DNA from: Gemmatimonadales bacterium
Lineage (GTDB): Bacteria; Gemmatimonadota; Gemmatimonadetes; Gemmatimonadales; GWC2-71-9
Reading direction: 5' to 3'
Assembly (NCBI GenBank): GCA_965249575.1
Contig: OZ252244.1
Coordinates: forward strand, 3,712,001 to 3,776,000
DNA: 64,000 nucleotides
Positions within the stretch are counted from its first letter, which is position 1. Each line of letters begins with the position of its first letter. A program made the translations under genes and the position numbers. This document shows, one piece after another, positions 8,950 to 19,927 of this stretch. A model generated the notes under the pieces. It did not search any database. It was given only the letters and a program-made list of their open reading frames with translations, and had not been told where the DNA came from.

Positions 8950-10101
8950 ATGACCACACCACTGGGCAACTCCGGTAACTCACTCGCTCCAAAGGGCTTA
9001 GAGGATGTCATCGCCAACCAGTCCGCCGTCTGCTTGGTGGACGGTACCCGAGGCCGGCTTTTGTATCGGGGCTACGATATCCACGATTTGGCTGCCCATT
9101 CGACCTTTGAGGAAACTGCGTACCTGTTAATGGTGGGGGCACTCCCGACGAGGACCGAGTTGCGGGAGTTCGTGGGCCAGATCAAGGCGGCACAAAAGCT
9201 CGACAAGGTTACCACGAGGGTCATCAAGGACGCCCCTCCCGAGTCGCGGCCGATGAACGTCCTCCGCACGGCGGTCAGCGCCTCGGTGTACACCGATCCG
9301 GACAAGGCCGACAACTCCAAAGCGGGCGAGCTTCGGAAGTCGGTCCGGCTGCTGGCGAAGATCCCGACCATTATTGCCGCCTTCCATCGGCTCCGGAACG
9401 GCGACCGACCGATTTCCCCGCGCAAGGGGATGTCGCTGGCCGCCAACTTCTTGCACATGTTGACGGGCGAAGTTCCTGACAAGGAAGTCGAGCGGTCCTT
9501 TGACGTGGCTCTCATCCTCCATGCCGATCACGAGCTCAACGCTTCGACTTTCACCGCGCGAATTATCGCCGCCACCCTGATGGACGTGCACGGCGCGGTG
9601 ACCGGTGCCATCGCGGCGCTGGCCGGCCCGCTACATGGTGGGGCCAATGCCGAGGTCATGAGGATGCTCGAGGAGATCGGGAGCGTCGACCGGGCGGAGA
9701 GCTGGGTGGGTCACCGGCTGGGTGGCAAGAAGAAGATCATGGGCTTTGGCCATCGCGTCTACCGAACCGAAGATCCGCGCGCGACGCACCTGCGAAAGAT
9801 GTCGGAAGCGCTCGGAAGGAAATTCGGGGAGCCGCAATGGTTTGATATGTCCCGTGTGATAGAGGATGTCGTCAGACGGGAGAAGGGCTTGTACTGTAAT
9901 GTGGATTTCTACTCGGGGTCGTCTTACCACGTCATGGGGATCCCCCGCGACCTGTTCACGCCCATCTTCGCAGCTTCCCGCGTTGCGGGCTGGTGCGCGC
10001 ACGTGCTGGAACAACAGGAAGACAACCGGCTGATTCGCCCGCGCGCGGAATACGTCGGACCGATGGATCAGAAGTACATAGCCATGAGAAGGCGCCGGTA
10101 G
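8950..10101 (+). CDS. gltA: Citrate synthase
   Basis: [32 protein letters not shown] and NVDFYSG motifs. Confidence 0.96.
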   Translation: MTTPLGNSGNSLAPKGLEDVIANQSAVCLVDGTRGRLLYRGYDIHDLAAHSTFEETAYLLMVGALPTRTELREFVGQIKAAQKLDKVTTRVIKDAPPESRPMNVLRTAVSASVYTDPDKADNSKAGELRKSVRLLAKIPTIIAAFHRLRNGDRPISPRKGMSLAANFLHMLTGEVPDKEVERSFDVALILHADHELNASTFTARIIAATLMDVHGAVTGAIAALAGPLHGGANAEVMRMLEEIGSVDRAESWVGHRLGGKKKIMGFGHRVYRTEDPRATHLRKMSEALGRKFGEPQWFDMSRVIEDVVRREKGLYCNVDFYSGSSYHVMGIPRDLFTPIFAASRVAGWCAHVLEQQEDNRLIRPRAEYVGPMDQKYIAMRRRR

Positions 10102-10103
10102 CC

Positions 10104-11327
10104 GTGTCGGGCACTCGCATCACGTGGAAGGACGGTGAGTATACCGTCCCCGACGATCCAGTTCTCCCGTTCATCGAGGGAGACGGGACCGGGCCAGATA
10201 TCTGGCGGGCGGCTCGTATGGTGTTCGATGCCGCGGTGGAAAAGGTGTCAGCCGGGGCCCGTCGTGTAGTGTGGAAGGAGATTATCGCGGGCGAGAAGGC
10301 CTTTAAGGAAACGGGCAGTTGGCTGCCGGAGGCGAGTCTCGAGGCCGTGCGGGAGCACCGCATAGCGATAAAGGGACCGCTGACCACGCCCGTGGGTGGC
10401 GGGATTCGGTCGCTGAACGTCGCCTTGCGGCAGGTGTTGGACCTATATGCCTGCGTGCGGCCCGTTCGTTATTTGCGGGGCGTGCCGTCACCGATGAAAG
10501 ATCCCTCCCAACTCGATGTCGTGATCTTTCGGGAGAACATCGAGGATGTGTACGCCGGGATCGAGTTCAAGGCGGGCAGTTCGGAGGCCGACCGGTTGCG
10601 ATCGTTCCTGGTGGATGAGTTGGGTGCGAAGGTAAGGGACGAGAGCGCGCTGGGGATCAAGCCGATGAGCGCGTACAACAGCAAGCGGCTCGTGGCCAAG
10701 GCCATTCGGTACGCTCGGGCGCATGACCGGCCCTCCGTGACACTCATGCACAAGGGAAACATCATGAAGTTCACCGAGGGGGCGTTTCGGGACTGGGGCT
10801 ACGAGGTGGCTCGGCAAGAGTTCAGGGACTGGACCGTCGCCGAATCGGACGTGAGCGCCGATCAGGGCGCTGGCGGGCGAGTCGTGATCAAGGACCGCAT
10901 TGCCGATTCGATGTTCCAGCAGGTGCTCCTGCGGCCGGGTGAGTACTCCGTGGTGGCGACACCCAACCTGAACGGGGACTACCTCTCGGATGCGTGCGCG
11001 GCGCAGGTCGGCGGGCTGGGAATGGCACCCGGCGCGAACATCGGCGACGGGTTTGCGCTCTTCGAAGCAACGCACGGGACCGCCCCGAAGTACGCCGGCC
11101 AAGACAAAGTCAACCCGAGCAGCCTGATTCTGTCAGGTGTGATGATGTTCGAGGAGCTGGGCTGGCAAGACGTGGCCGACGCAATCGTGTCCGGCCTGGA
11201 AGGCGCCATCCAAGATGGTGCCGTTACCTACGACCTCGCCCGTCAGATGCCGGGTGCTCGCGAGGTCCCGACCTCGGGTTTCGCGGAGGGGGTCGTAGCT
11301 CACATGAGCACGCGAAGGGCTACATGA
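10104..11327 (+). CDS. icd: NADP-dependent isocitrate dehydrogenase
   Basis: [39 protein letters not shown] and EATHGTAP motifs; GTG at 10104 chosen as start. Confidence 0.96.
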   Translation: MSGTRITWKDGEYTVPDDPVLPFIEGDGTGPDIWRAARMVFDAAVEKVSAGARRVVWKEIIAGEKAFKETGSWLPEASLEAVREHRIAIKGPLTTPVGGGIRSLNVALRQVLDLYACVRPVRYLRGVPSPMKDPSQLDVVIFRENIEDVYAGIEFKAGSSEADRLRSFLVDELGAKVRDESALGIKPMSAYNSKRLVAKAIRYARAHDRPSVTLMHKGNIMKFTEGAFRDWGYEVARQEFRDWTVAESDVSADQGAGGRVVIKDRIADSMFQQVLLRPGEYSVVATPNLNGDYLSDACAAQVGGLGMAPGANIGDGFALFEATHGTAPKYAGQDKVNPSSLILSGVMMFEELGWQDVADAIVSGLEGAIQDGAVTYDLARQMPGAREVPTSGFAEGVVAHMSTRRAT

Positions 11328-12814
11328 AGTCTTCTGTCAAGGTCGTGCCCATCGAGCGGGCCACCCATCCGGTCGTCGCGCTGGCGATCGGCGCCACGAA
11401 CGGCAAGGTCCCGACATCCCTCCTGGGACTGGACGCCGCTACCGGACGGGCCCTGGGCCGCATTTTTGACACCGGCGACTTCAAAGGGAATCGGGATGAA
11501 GTTGCGATCTTGTATCCGCCGAAGGGTGCGAGTCGAGTCCTCCTGGTCGGCATGGGCAAGGCGGAGGAAACCACCCGGGATGCCGTCCGCCGGGCGGCGG
11601 CGGTTGCTGCCCGCCGGGCGGCGGCGCTCGGTGCCGAGTCGATGGCATTCTACGTCGTACCGGAATCCCGTCACGGGGTGGCTCCGGTCACGATCGGACA
11701 GGTGGCGATCGAGGGCGCCGCACAAGGGGCTTGGCGATTCCTGGACTTCAAGGCCCCGACTCCAGATCGAACCGCGCTCAAATCGGTCGATGTGATCGCG
11801 AGTCGCGAGGACCGGCCGGCGGTGGAGCGGGGAAGGCGGCTCGGAGGCCCCGTCGCCATCGGGCAAAAGCTCGCCCGTAACCTCCAGATGCTTCCGGGGA
11901 ACGTCTGCACGCCGTCGTACCTGTCGGACATCGCGCGACGCCTAGGCAAGGCGTACGGGTTCAAGGTCACCGTGTTGGGTCGCGCACAGCTCGAGAAGGC
12001 CGGGTTTGGAGGCCTGCTTGCGGTCGCCCGAGGCTCGGTGGAGGAGCCGCAGTTCATCGTGCTCGAGCACAAGCGGGTTTCCCGGGCGGCGCCCGTCTGC
12101 CTGGTGGGCAAGGGGGTAACGTTCGATTCTGGGGGCATCTCGATCAAGCCCGCTCAGCGCATGGAGGAGATGAAGTTCGACATGTCGGGGGCGGCCGCGG
12201 TGCTGGGTACCTTCGAAGCACTGGGCCACATCAAGCCAAACGTGAACGTCGTAGGACTGATCCCCGCAACCGAGAACCTGCCTTCGGGGACCGCGCTCAA
12301 GCCGGGTGATGTCGTTCAGAGCCATTTCGGCAAGACGATCGAGATCGTCAACACGGACGCGGAAGGTCGACTGATCCTAGCCGACGCGCTCTCGTATGCG
12401 CGACGATTCAAGCCCGCGTGTGTCATCGATGCCGCGACCCTGACCGGAGCGATTGTGGTGGCGCTGGGTCACCAGGCGACCGGGCTCATGGGGAACGACG
12501 ACCAGTTGATTGACGAGGTGCGCCGGGCAGCCGTGCTCGCTGGGGAGCGGTGCTGGCCGCTGCCGTTGTGGGACGAATACCGGAGCCAGATCAAATCGTC
12601 CATCGCCGACGTGAAGAACTCGGGTGGTAGGTCCGGCGGGTCGATTACGGCCGGCTGGTTCCTGCGGGAGTTCGTCGAGGGCTTCCCCTGGGCCCACCTG
12701 GACATTGCGGGCACCGCGAACACGGACGCCGACTCTCCGTCCATGGAAAAGGGGCCGACGGGGCTGGGAGTGCGGCTGTTCACCGAGTTCATCCTCGGAC
12801 GTGCAGGGGGGTGA
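11324..12814 (+). CDS. pepA: Leucyl aminopeptidase (M17)
   Basis: [17 protein letters not shown] and NTDAEGRL motifs; ATGA overlap with icd. Confidence 0.95.
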   Translation: MKSSVKVVPIERATHPVVALAIGATNGKVPTSLLGLDAATGRALGRIFDTGDFKGNRDEVAILYPPKGASRVLLVGMGKAEETTRDAVRRAAAVAARRAAALGAESMAFYVVPESRHGVAPVTIGQVAIEGAAQGAWRFLDFKAPTPDRTALKSVDVIASREDRPAVERGRRLGGPVAIGQKLARNLQMLPGNVCTPSYLSDIARRLGKAYGFKVTVLGRAQLEKAGFGGLLAVARGSVEEPQFIVLEHKRVSRAAPVCLVGKGVTFDSGGISIKPAQRMEEMKFDMSGAAAVLGTFEALGHIKPNVNVVGLIPATENLPSGTALKPGDVVQSHFGKTIEIVNTDAEGRLILADALSYARRFKPACVIDAATLTGAIVVALGHQATGLMGNDDQLIDEVRRAAVLAGERCWPLPLWDEYRSQIKSSIADVKNSGGRSGGSITAGWFLREFVEGFPWAHLDIAGTANTDADSPSMEKGPTGLGVRLFTEFILGRAGG

Positions 12815-14595
12815 CACCTCGCTGGCAGGCCATCGCGCCCGCCATTTTCCTCATCGGTTTCCTGACTGGTGCCGCGCCACGGCTCGCGGGACAGGACAGC
12901 CTCCTACCACAACCCGATTCCATAGCTTCACCCGAGGACCGGCCGCTTGTTCGAGTGGGGATCGCTACGGTGCGGCCCCAGGTCCCCATCGGACCGCTAG
13001 GTGTCGGCACCCGATACACCTTCACTCGGGACTCCCTCTACTGGTCCAATGCTGCGACGCTGTCCGACCTCCTGAGCGGCATCCCCGGCGTCTACGTGGC
13101 GCGCGGGGGATTCCTCGGTCTTCCAGAGTACGTCGTGTACGGTGGCCGGGGGGCGAGATCGGTCGAGTTGTATTGGGACGGCTTCGTGCTGGAGCCACTC
13201 GGGAGCGATTCGATCTTTGCTGATCCCGCCAGAATCCCTCTCACGTTGATTCGGAGGATCGACGTAGAAGTCCTTCCATCGACACTACGTGTATACCTCG
13301 TCTCAGAGCGGCACGAAACGCTCGAAAGCCGTTCACTCGTGCGTGTACGCAGCGGTGATTTTGGAACCGGGGCGTATGCGGGTCTCTTCCAGAAGCGTTG
13401 GACCAGTGGGTTCGGCATCGACCTCGGGGGTGACTTCGTAAGCACCGACGGCGCGAGTGGTCCGAACCGCACCGACCAGACGTTCGATGTATGGGCCAAG
13501 CTTACATGGGTGCCCCGGGCCGGCACCGGAGCCGTCTATCAGATCCGGCGGCAGGCCCATGATAGAGATCCGGTGTTGACCAGTGCTGGCGACGTCGGCA
13601 TTGCGGCGCGAAACGGCACACGCACCGATTCCTTTCTCCAGATCTTCACCTCTGGACCCGACCCGACGCGCGGTGTCAGCGCGATGCTTGGTTTGGGGGC
13701 GAGCGCCTGGACGAATGATTCGGTGACTGGGGAACAGCACTTCCGCCAAGCATTCGGGCGCCTCCGGTTCAGCCGACCCACACTCAACCTAGAGGTGACT
13801 GGGTTGGTGGCCGATGATCGTATCCTTGGAGACGCGGGTGCGCGCGTGGGTTGGATCCCCGTTCGCGGCATAGCCCTATCCGGCGAAGGACGTATTCGCC
13901 GTCACTCCAACCAACGCAGCTCACGGGAGGCCCGGGGCACTGCCAGCCTGTATTGGGGTCCCGCCACTCTGGTCGGGGAGTTGGCGTTGTACGACCACGT
14001 CGAGGCACCGGTGATCCCCGACGACACATCCCAATCGGGCACCGACCGCGGCGTGCATTTTCACCTCCGCTCGCGGCCGCTCTCCGGACGTATCGGAATC
14101 GTGAGGCGTGACGCGTTCACGCCCAGGCCATTTCCGGACCTGACGCCAGTCCTGCCGGCTGCCGGGACATCGACCCAGGCGACCTATCTGATCACCTCAG
14201 TCAAATTCCAACCAGTCTCGGCGCTCATTTTGGATGGATGGTACTCCAATCCGGTCCGTGGATCGGCGGCGTTCCAGCCCCCATCGCATGGCCGGGCGCA
14301 GTTCACGTTCCGATCGAAGTTCTGGCGTTCCTTCAGGAGTGGGGTGTTCGACCTCAAAGTGCAGCTGGCCATGGAGTCGTGGAGCCGTGGTCGGGCCGGA
14401 AGTGATGCCGCAGGATTGCCGATTGAGCTTCGAGGGGTGACGTTCTACGAGGCGTTCCTGCAGGTGCAGCTGGTCGGGTTCACGCTATTTTGGGACCTCA
14501 GGAATGCGTACAACGCGCGAGAGCAGTACGTGCCCGGTCTGGCCTACCCACGCAACGCGCAGACGTTCGGCGTGCGTTGGACATTCTACAATTGA
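12811..14595 (+). CDS. Outer-membrane beta-barrel protein with TonB-dependent-receptor plug-like N-terminus
   Basis: Signal peptide; TLSDLLSGIPGV...YWDG...IRRIDVEV plug-like motif; amphipathic strands ending FGVRWTFYN. Confidence 0.65.
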   Translation: MTPRWQAIAPAIFLIGFLTGAAPRLAGQDSLLPQPDSIASPEDRPLVRVGIATVRPQVPIGPLGVGTRYTFTRDSLYWSNAATLSDLLSGIPGVYVARGGFLGLPEYVVYGGRGARSVELYWDGFVLEPLGSDSIFADPARIPLTLIRRIDVEVLPSTLRVYLVSERHETLESRSLVRVRSGDFGTGAYAGLFQKRWTSGFGIDLGGDFVSTDGASGPNRTDQTFDVWAKLTWVPRAGTGAVYQIRRQAHDRDPVLTSAGDVGIAARNGTRTDSFLQIFTSGPDPTRGVSAMLGLGASAWTNDSVTGEQHFRQAFGRLRFSRPTLNLEVTGLVADDRILGDAGARVGWIPVRGIALSGEGRIRRHSNQRSSREARGTASLYWGPATLVGELALYDHVEAPVIPDDTSQSGTDRGVHFHLRSRPLSGRIGIVRRDAFTPRPFPDLTPVLPAAGTSTQATYLITSVKFQPVSALILDGWYSNPVRGSAAFQPPSHGRAQFTFRSKFWRSFRSGVFDLKVQLAMESWSRGRAGSDAAGLPIELRGVTFYEAFLQVQLVGFTLFWDLRNAYNAREQYVPGLAYPRNAQTFGVRWTFYN

Positions 14596-14603
14596 GCGGT
14601 CTT

Positions 14604-14632
14604 TTGACGCGCTTATCGCCCGCCGCTAGCTT
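14604..14632 (+). promoter_or_regulatory. sigma-70-type promoter for the yicC operon
   Basis: TTGACG-N17-TAGCTT. Confidence 0.5.
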
Positions 14633-14663
14633 TTGGACCTCCTAGCTCGGGAGCGGCTCGCAA

Positions 14664-15539
14664 GTGCCCAGATCAATGACCGGGTTCGGTGTCGCGGACG
14701 GGGACGTACGGGGAGGCCGCCTCCAGGTTGAGATCCGGACGCTCAACCACCGCCACTTCAACGCCCATTTGAAGCTTGGATCTGGCCTGCAGGAAATGGA
14801 GGCCCGGGTCCGCGATTGCTTGCGCGAGCGTTTCGAACGTGGTCACGTGACGCTGTCAACCCGATGGCTTCTCGAGCCCTCCCGCCCGTCCAACCTACGC
14901 GTCAACGTGGAGCGCGCCCGCGAAATCGTCGGTGTGCTTCGTGAGCTCAAGACCGCCCTCGCGCTTCCGGGTGACGTGGACCTAGCGTTCGTCGCCCGGC
15001 AGCCGGAAGTTTTGGCCTTGGTCGAAGCTGATGCTGCGCGACCGGACTGGAACGAGATCTATCCAGTGCTTGAGCGGGCGATCGGTCATGTGGTGACAAT
15101 GCGTACCCAGGAGGGCGCTGCGCTCGGCGCGGAACTGGCGGATCGTTTGCGCGCGATCGGCGAATTGCTCGCCGAAGTCGAGCGACGTGCACCGGAGCGC
15201 ATCACCTCGGAGTACGAGCGGCTCCGGGCGGCTGTCCAGCGATTGCTCGATGGATCCATCGCCGACGAGAACCGGCTCGCCCAAGAAATCGCATTGCTGG
15301 CAGACAAGCTCGACGTCACCGAGGAGACGGTACGCTTGCGGGCCCACATTCGAGCATGCGCGGATGCACTGCAGGAGGAGGGTGCGGCGGGGCGGCGCTT
15401 GGGTTTCCTCGGGCAGGAAATGCTCCGGGAAATCAACACGATCGGTTCGAAGGCGAACGATGCCGCGATCGCGCAATCGGTCATCGCCATGAAGGGCGAG
15501 CTCGAGAAGTTCCGTGAACAGGTCGAGAACGTCGAGTGA
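14664..15539 (+). CDS. yicC: YicC/YloC family endoribonuclease
   Basis: SMTGFG N-terminus; REINTIGSK and EKFREQVENVE C-terminus. Confidence 0.95.
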   Translation: MPRSMTGFGVADGDVRGGRLQVEIRTLNHRHFNAHLKLGSGLQEMEARVRDCLRERFERGHVTLSTRWLLEPSRPSNLRVNVERAREIVGVLRELKTALALPGDVDLAFVARQPEVLALVEADAARPDWNEIYPVLERAIGHVVTMRTQEGAALGAELADRLRAIGELLAEVERRAPERITSEYERLRAAVQRLLDGSIADENRLAQEIALLADKLDVTEETVRLRAHIRACADALQEEGAAGRRLGFLGQEMLREINTIGSKANDAAIAQSVIAMKGELEKFREQVENVE

Positions 15540-16177
15540 AACCGTTTCTGCTCGTGCTCTCGTCACCGTCGGGTGGAGGAAAGACTACGATTGCGCGGGC
15601 GCTCCTCGCCGCCCGTGAGGACGTGGGGTACAGCATCTCTGCGACCACCCGCTCCCCCCGCCAGAACGAGCGGGATGGCGTGGAATACTATTTTCTCTCC
15701 CGAGAGGAGTTTACCGAACGAAGGGTCGCCAACGAGTTCCTCGAGTGGGCTGAATACAGTGGGCATCTGTACGGAACGCTCGCTTCCGAGGTCGAGCGGA
15801 TTCTTGCACGGGGATCCCACGTTCTGCTCGACATCGAAGTCGAAGGCGCGAGGGCTGTGCGCGAGCGCCGCACTGACGTTGTGAGTATCTTTGTGCTGCC
15901 GCCATCCGCGAAGGCGCTGGTGGACCGTTTGGGTGGGAGGGCGACCAATCGCAGTGAAGACGTGCGGCGCAGACTGCTCCGAGCGGTCGATGAACTCGAA
16001 GAGGCGCCTCAGTACGACTACGTCGTGATCAATGCCGATCGGACCCAGGCCGTCGCTGAGGTCGCTGCAATCATTGACGCCGAAGCGCGGCGTCCGCATC
16101 GGCTGCCAAATCTGGTCCAAACGGTCGACGAGCTGCGCCGCGAACTCGCGCGCATGGCGGAAACAGACAGCCGCTGA
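15536..16177 (+). CDS. gmk: Guanylate kinase
   Basis: SPSGGGKTT, SATTRSPR and FLEWA...YGT motifs. Confidence 0.96.
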   Translation: MKPFLLVLSSPSGGGKTTIARALLAAREDVGYSISATTRSPRQNERDGVEYYFLSREEFTERRVANEFLEWAEYSGHLYGTLASEVERILARGSHVLLDIEVEGARAVRERRTDVVSIFVLPPSAKALVDRLGGRATNRSEDVRRRLLRAVDELEEAPQYDYVVINADRTQAVAEVAAIIDAEARRPHRLPNLVQTVDELRRELARMAETDSR

Positions 16178-16193
16178 CGAACGGGGACTTGCA

Positions 16194-16406
16194 ATGTGGA
16201 TTTTCACACCCTTGGAGCTGGCCAAACAGGCCGGTAACAAATATCTCGCCGTACTCGTGGCCGCGAAGTTCTCGCGCTACGTGAACGATTTCCCGCAGGA
16301 CCGCTCGATTGACCGGGCGAAGAAGCTAACGACCATGGCGCTCGAAGAGTTGTCATCCGGTCGCCTGCAGTACCGGCTCGTACGGCGTCGTCGGCAAGAG
16401 ACGTGA
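16194..16406 (+). CDS. rpoZ: RNA polymerase omega subunit
   Basis: NKYLAVLVAAK and KLTTMALEEL motifs; gmk-rpoZ-coaBC synteny. Confidence 0.85.
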   Translation: MWIFTPLELAKQAGNKYLAVLVAAKFSRYVNDFPQDRSIDRAKKLTTMALEELSSGRLQYRLVRRRRQET

Positions 16407-17596
16407 ACGTCGGCGGCCGCCGGATCGTCCTCGGCGTGTCGGGCGGCATCGCGAGCTACAAAGCCTGTATGGTTGCCCGGCGCCTCACGGAGGCGGGGGC
16501 TGAGGTAGATGTCGTGCTGTCGGCGGCCGCGACCGAGTTCGTCCGTCCGTTGACCTTCGAGGCGCTCACTGGACGGGGCGTTCTCACATCGTTGTGGGAA
16601 CGGGGACGCGCCCTCTCACACGTGTACCTGCCGGAGCGCAGCGATGCGATCGTCATCGCACCGGCCACGGCCAACCTGATTGCGCGACTAGCCCAGGGCC
16701 TGGCCGACGACCTGCTGAGCACTCTGCTGTTGGCCAGTGATTCGCCGGTGCTGCTGGCACCGGCGATGAACGACCGCATGTACGCGCATCCCGCGACACA
16801 GGCGAATCTCGCAACTCTGCGGCAAAGAGGGGTTGCCATCGTGGGGCCAGCGGTAGGCGCCCTCGCCGAGGGTCCTTCCGACCTACCGGGTCGAATGAGC
16901 GAGCCAGAGGTCATCCTTGCGCATGTCGAGCGTGTGCTTGGGTCAGTCAAGAGCCCCTACGTTGGGAAACGACTCGTGATTACGGCTGGGCCGACCAGGG
17001 AGCCTCTAGACCCGGTTCGCGTGCTGACCAACCGGTCGAGCGGCCGGATGGGTTACGCCGTTGCGGCGGCCGGATTCGCTCGGGGGGCGGACGTCAGGTT
17101 GATTTCCGGCCCCACGGAACTAGTCTCACCCCCGGGGGTTGCGGTAGAGCGGATCGAGACCGTCGAGGAGCTCGAGGCTGCGGTGGAGGCCCATCTACCG
17201 GCCGCGCACGTCCTCGTCATGGCGGCGGCACCGGGTGATTTTCGTGTGGCGGAGCCGTCAGCCACCAAACGGGCGCGGAGCGCGGGTACCATGGACGTTC
17301 GCGTCGAGCCCACCTCCGACATCCTCGCGGCGACGGTGGGTGCACGGCCCGAGGGGCTCGTCGTCGTTGGCTTCGCGCTCGAAACCGACGACGGGCCGTG
17401 CCGCGCCGAGCGCAAGCTCTTGGACAAGCGCCTCGACTTGATCGTGCTTAATATGGAGAACGATCCTGACGCGGGGTTCGAGGTGGAGACCAACCGGGTA
17501 ACGCTGATAGGCGCGGACGGAAGCACTCCACTCCCGGTGATGTCCAAGCGGGGGGTCGCCGAGAAGTTGCTGGATGTGATCGAGGCCAAGCTGTGA
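16403..17596 (+). CDS. coaBC: Phosphopantothenoylcysteine decarboxylase/ligase
   Basis: GVSGGIASYK, APATAN, PAMN and TAGPTREPLDPVR motifs. Confidence 0.96.
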   Translation: MNVGGRRIVLGVSGGIASYKACMVARRLTEAGAEVDVVLSAAATEFVRPLTFEALTGRGVLTSLWERGRALSHVYLPERSDAIVIAPATANLIARLAQGLADDLLSTLLLASDSPVLLAPAMNDRMYAHPATQANLATLRQRGVAIVGPAVGALAEGPSDLPGRMSEPEVILAHVERVLGSVKSPYVGKRLVITAGPTREPLDPVRVLTNRSSGRMGYAVAAAGFARGADVRLISGPTELVSPPGVAVERIETVEELEAAVEAHLPAAHVLVMAAAPGDFRVAEPSATKRARSAGTMDVRVEPTSDILAATVGARPEGLVVVGFALETDDGPCRAERKLLDKRLDLIVLNMENDPDAGFEVETNRVTLIGADGSTPLPVMSKRGVAEKLLDVIEAKL

Positions 17597-18420
17597 GCGG
17601 GGCTCGCCAGTTGCTTCATACCTATCTCCACCAGCGGTCCGAAATGGGCGAAAGCCCCGTTGTGTTACGGGCTTCGGCCGAGGCGAGCCCACCCCGTCCC
17701 GTCGCCGGTGCCCCCGAAATGCCTGCGCCTCGGAATGCTGAGCGGAAACGTCCGGCGCGCCATCGGTCGGAACCTGGGTGGCGGGCGAGCGCCCCACCGA
17801 TTCCACCGCCCGGCATCACGATCGCCCCGCCCAGCGCGGACCTGTTCAGTGACGACGAAATGGCGGGGCAGAGCGTGAGCGGATTGGCCGAGCTCATCTT
17901 GACCTGTACTCGCTGTCCTCTCTGTCAGGGGCGGACGCACGCCGTGCCAGGTCAGGGGCCGGAAGACGCGCGACTCGTGGCGGTGGGAGAAGGGCCTGGC
18001 GCGACCGAAGACGAGACCGGCCTGCCGTTCGTGGGACGTGCGGGGGAATTGCTGACGGAAATCCTCGCCGCGATCGATTTCCCCCGCGAAAAGGTGTTCA
18101 TCTGCAACGTCGTGAAATGCCGGCCGCCAAACAACCGCCGGCCTCAGCCCGATGAAATCCAGGAATGTGCGCCCTACCTGCACCGCCAGATCGATGTGAT
18201 CCAGCCGTCGGTGATTCTCGCCATGGGCGGCACGGCCGCGGAGACGCTTCTGAACACCAAGCAGGCGCTGGGAGCGCTGCGCTCTCGAGTTCACAGTTTC
18301 AGGGGTATTCCGCTCGTGGTGACCTACCACCCGGCGGCACTGCTTCGTAACCCACACTGGAAAAAGCCCACCTGGGATGACGTCCGTATCGCACGTCGCC
18401 TCCTCGCCGGCGAGCGCTGA
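17593..18420 (+). CDS. Uracil-DNA glycosylase family 4 (4Fe-4S)
   Basis: CTRCPLC, GEGPG, PFVGRAG, KCRPP and TYHPAALLR motifs. Confidence 0.93.
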   Translation: MSGARQLLHTYLHQRSEMGESPVVLRASAEASPPRPVAGAPEMPAPRNAERKRPARHRSEPGWRASAPPIPPPGITIAPPSADLFSDDEMAGQSVSGLAELILTCTRCPLCQGRTHAVPGQGPEDARLVAVGEGPGATEDETGLPFVGRAGELLTEILAAIDFPREKVFICNVVKCRPPNNRRPQPDEIQECAPYLHRQIDVIQPSVILAMGGTAAETLLNTKQALGALRSRVHSFRGIPLVVTYHPAALLRNPHWKKPTWDDVRIARRLLAGER

Positions 18421-19783
18421 CACCGGCCTGCAGCGGCAGGCGCCCTGGAGTCTGGAGGCCGAGCAGGCGGTGCTCGGCGCGATGCTCTTGGACGCCGATG
18501 CGGCGCTCAAGGCCGTCGAGATGCTGCAGGACCCGGCGTTCTATCGGGATGCGCACCGGCGGATCTTCCGCGCCATGGCCAGTCTCCTCGAAAAGGGGCA
18601 AATCATCGACCCCTTGATGTTGCGCGACGAGCTGGCCCGCCGCGGGGATTTGGAGGCTGCCGGCGACATGGACTACATCGCGGTGTTACTGGACGTTGTT
18701 CCCACCGCGGCGAACGTCGAGTACCACGCCCGGATCGTGAGAGATAGGGCCCTCTTGCGTCGCCTGATCGACGTGGGGTCTGGGGTGGTGCAGGCCGCGT
18801 ATGAGGGACGGCACGATGTTGGAACGCTGCTCGATGAGGCCGAGCAGCGGATCTTCGAGGTGTCCTTTCAGCGTGGCACGCAGGAATTCGTCCGCATCAA
18901 GGAGCTCATGTGGCATACGATGGAGCGCATCGAGGCGCGCCATCGCGGCGACGATTCGGTGCGGGGCGTCCCATCGGGATTCGCAGATTTGGACTCGAAG
19001 ACCAATGGCTTCCAGAAGAGCGACCTGGTGATCGTGGCGGCCAGGCCGTCGATGGGCAAGACGGCTTTTTGTCTGAATATCGCGGCGAACGCGGCGCTCG
19101 AGTCACAAATTCCGGTGGCTGTGTTCTCACTGGAGATGGCTCGGGATCAGCTCGTCGAGCGCCTGTTAGCTGCGGAGAGCTTCGTCGACCTGCATCGGCT
19201 CCGCAGCGGGAAGCTCCGCGACGACGACTATCCAAAAATGTCACGGGCGGCGGGTCTGCTCGGGACGGCGCCGGTTTGGATCGACGACAGCCCAGCGCTC
19301 ACGCTGCTCGAGCTGCGTTCGAAGGCCCGGCGGATGAAGGCGGAGCACGATATAGGGCTCATCGTTGTCGACTATTTGCAACTCCTACGGGGGGGTGGTC
19401 GAAAAGAGAATCGCCAAGAGGAGATCAGCCTCATTTCGAGGTCGCTCAAGGCACTCGCCCGAGAGCTCAGCACACCGCTCATCGCGCTGTCCCAACTCTC
19501 GCGAGCCCCAGAACAGCGAGGTGGAGATCGCCGGCCGCTTCTCTCCGACCTTCGAGACTCGGGCGCGATCGAGCAGGATGCCGATGTCGTGCTGTTCATC
19601 TACCGCCGCGAGATGTATGCACAGTTCCTGGAGGGAGATGACGATGGCGAGGGGATGGCCGAGCTCATAGTCGCCAAACATCGCAACGGTCCGACAGGGA
19701 CGCTGAAACTTGCCTTCCATAAGCAGTACACCCGATTCGAGAACTATACCGATCAAGGGCCGAGCGGCTCAGGTGAACCGTAG
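18377..19783 (+). CDS. dnaB: Replicative DNA helicase
   Basis: AEQAVLG, AARPSMGKT, DYLQL, LSQLSR and SGAIEQDAD motifs; no intein apparent. Confidence 0.97.
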   Translation: MTSVSHVASSPASADTGLQRQAPWSLEAEQAVLGAMLLDADAALKAVEMLQDPAFYRDAHRRIFRAMASLLEKGQIIDPLMLRDELARRGDLEAAGDMDYIAVLLDVVPTAANVEYHARIVRDRALLRRLIDVGSGVVQAAYEGRHDVGTLLDEAEQRIFEVSFQRGTQEFVRIKELMWHTMERIEARHRGDDSVRGVPSGFADLDSKTNGFQKSDLVIVAARPSMGKTAFCLNIAANAALESQIPVAVFSLEMARDQLVERLLAAESFVDLHRLRSGKLRDDDYPKMSRAAGLLGTAPVWIDDSPALTLLELRSKARRMKAEHDIGLIVVDYLQLLRGGGRKENRQEEISLISRSLKALARELSTPLIALSQLSRAPEQRGGDRRPLLSDLRDSGAIEQDADVVLFIYRREMYAQFLEGDDDGEGMAELIVAKHRNGPTGTLKLAFHKQYTRFENYTDQGPSGSGEP

Positions 19784-19927
19784 GTCACGCTGTGCCGGGG
19801 GTGTCACCGGGCGTAACGGAAGGCTCTACGGAACACGGCTGGCCCGCTGCTCTCCCCAGTCCGCCGTGCTTAGAGGCGTCGGTGACCGAGTCAAGGCGCT
19901 GCGGGCTCAAGGGGTGGAGAGAGGGGA

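Noticed and set aside
2869..8950. Intact prophage or integrative element at tRNA-Leu
   Set aside because: No integrase, no phage genes and no duplicated tRNA 3' end (att) found.
9993..11323. Long N-terminal extensions of icd and pepA in the ORF track (likewise mdh, sdhA, carA, tsaC, yycJ)
   Set aside because: They overlap upstream genes. Family similarity begins at downstream starts that abut or overlap the previous stop.
19784..19927. 144-bp spacer between dnaB and ispD, and the 19792-20262 ORF
   Set aside because: No recognisable RNA family, repeat or protein motif by eye. An Rfam scan would be needed.
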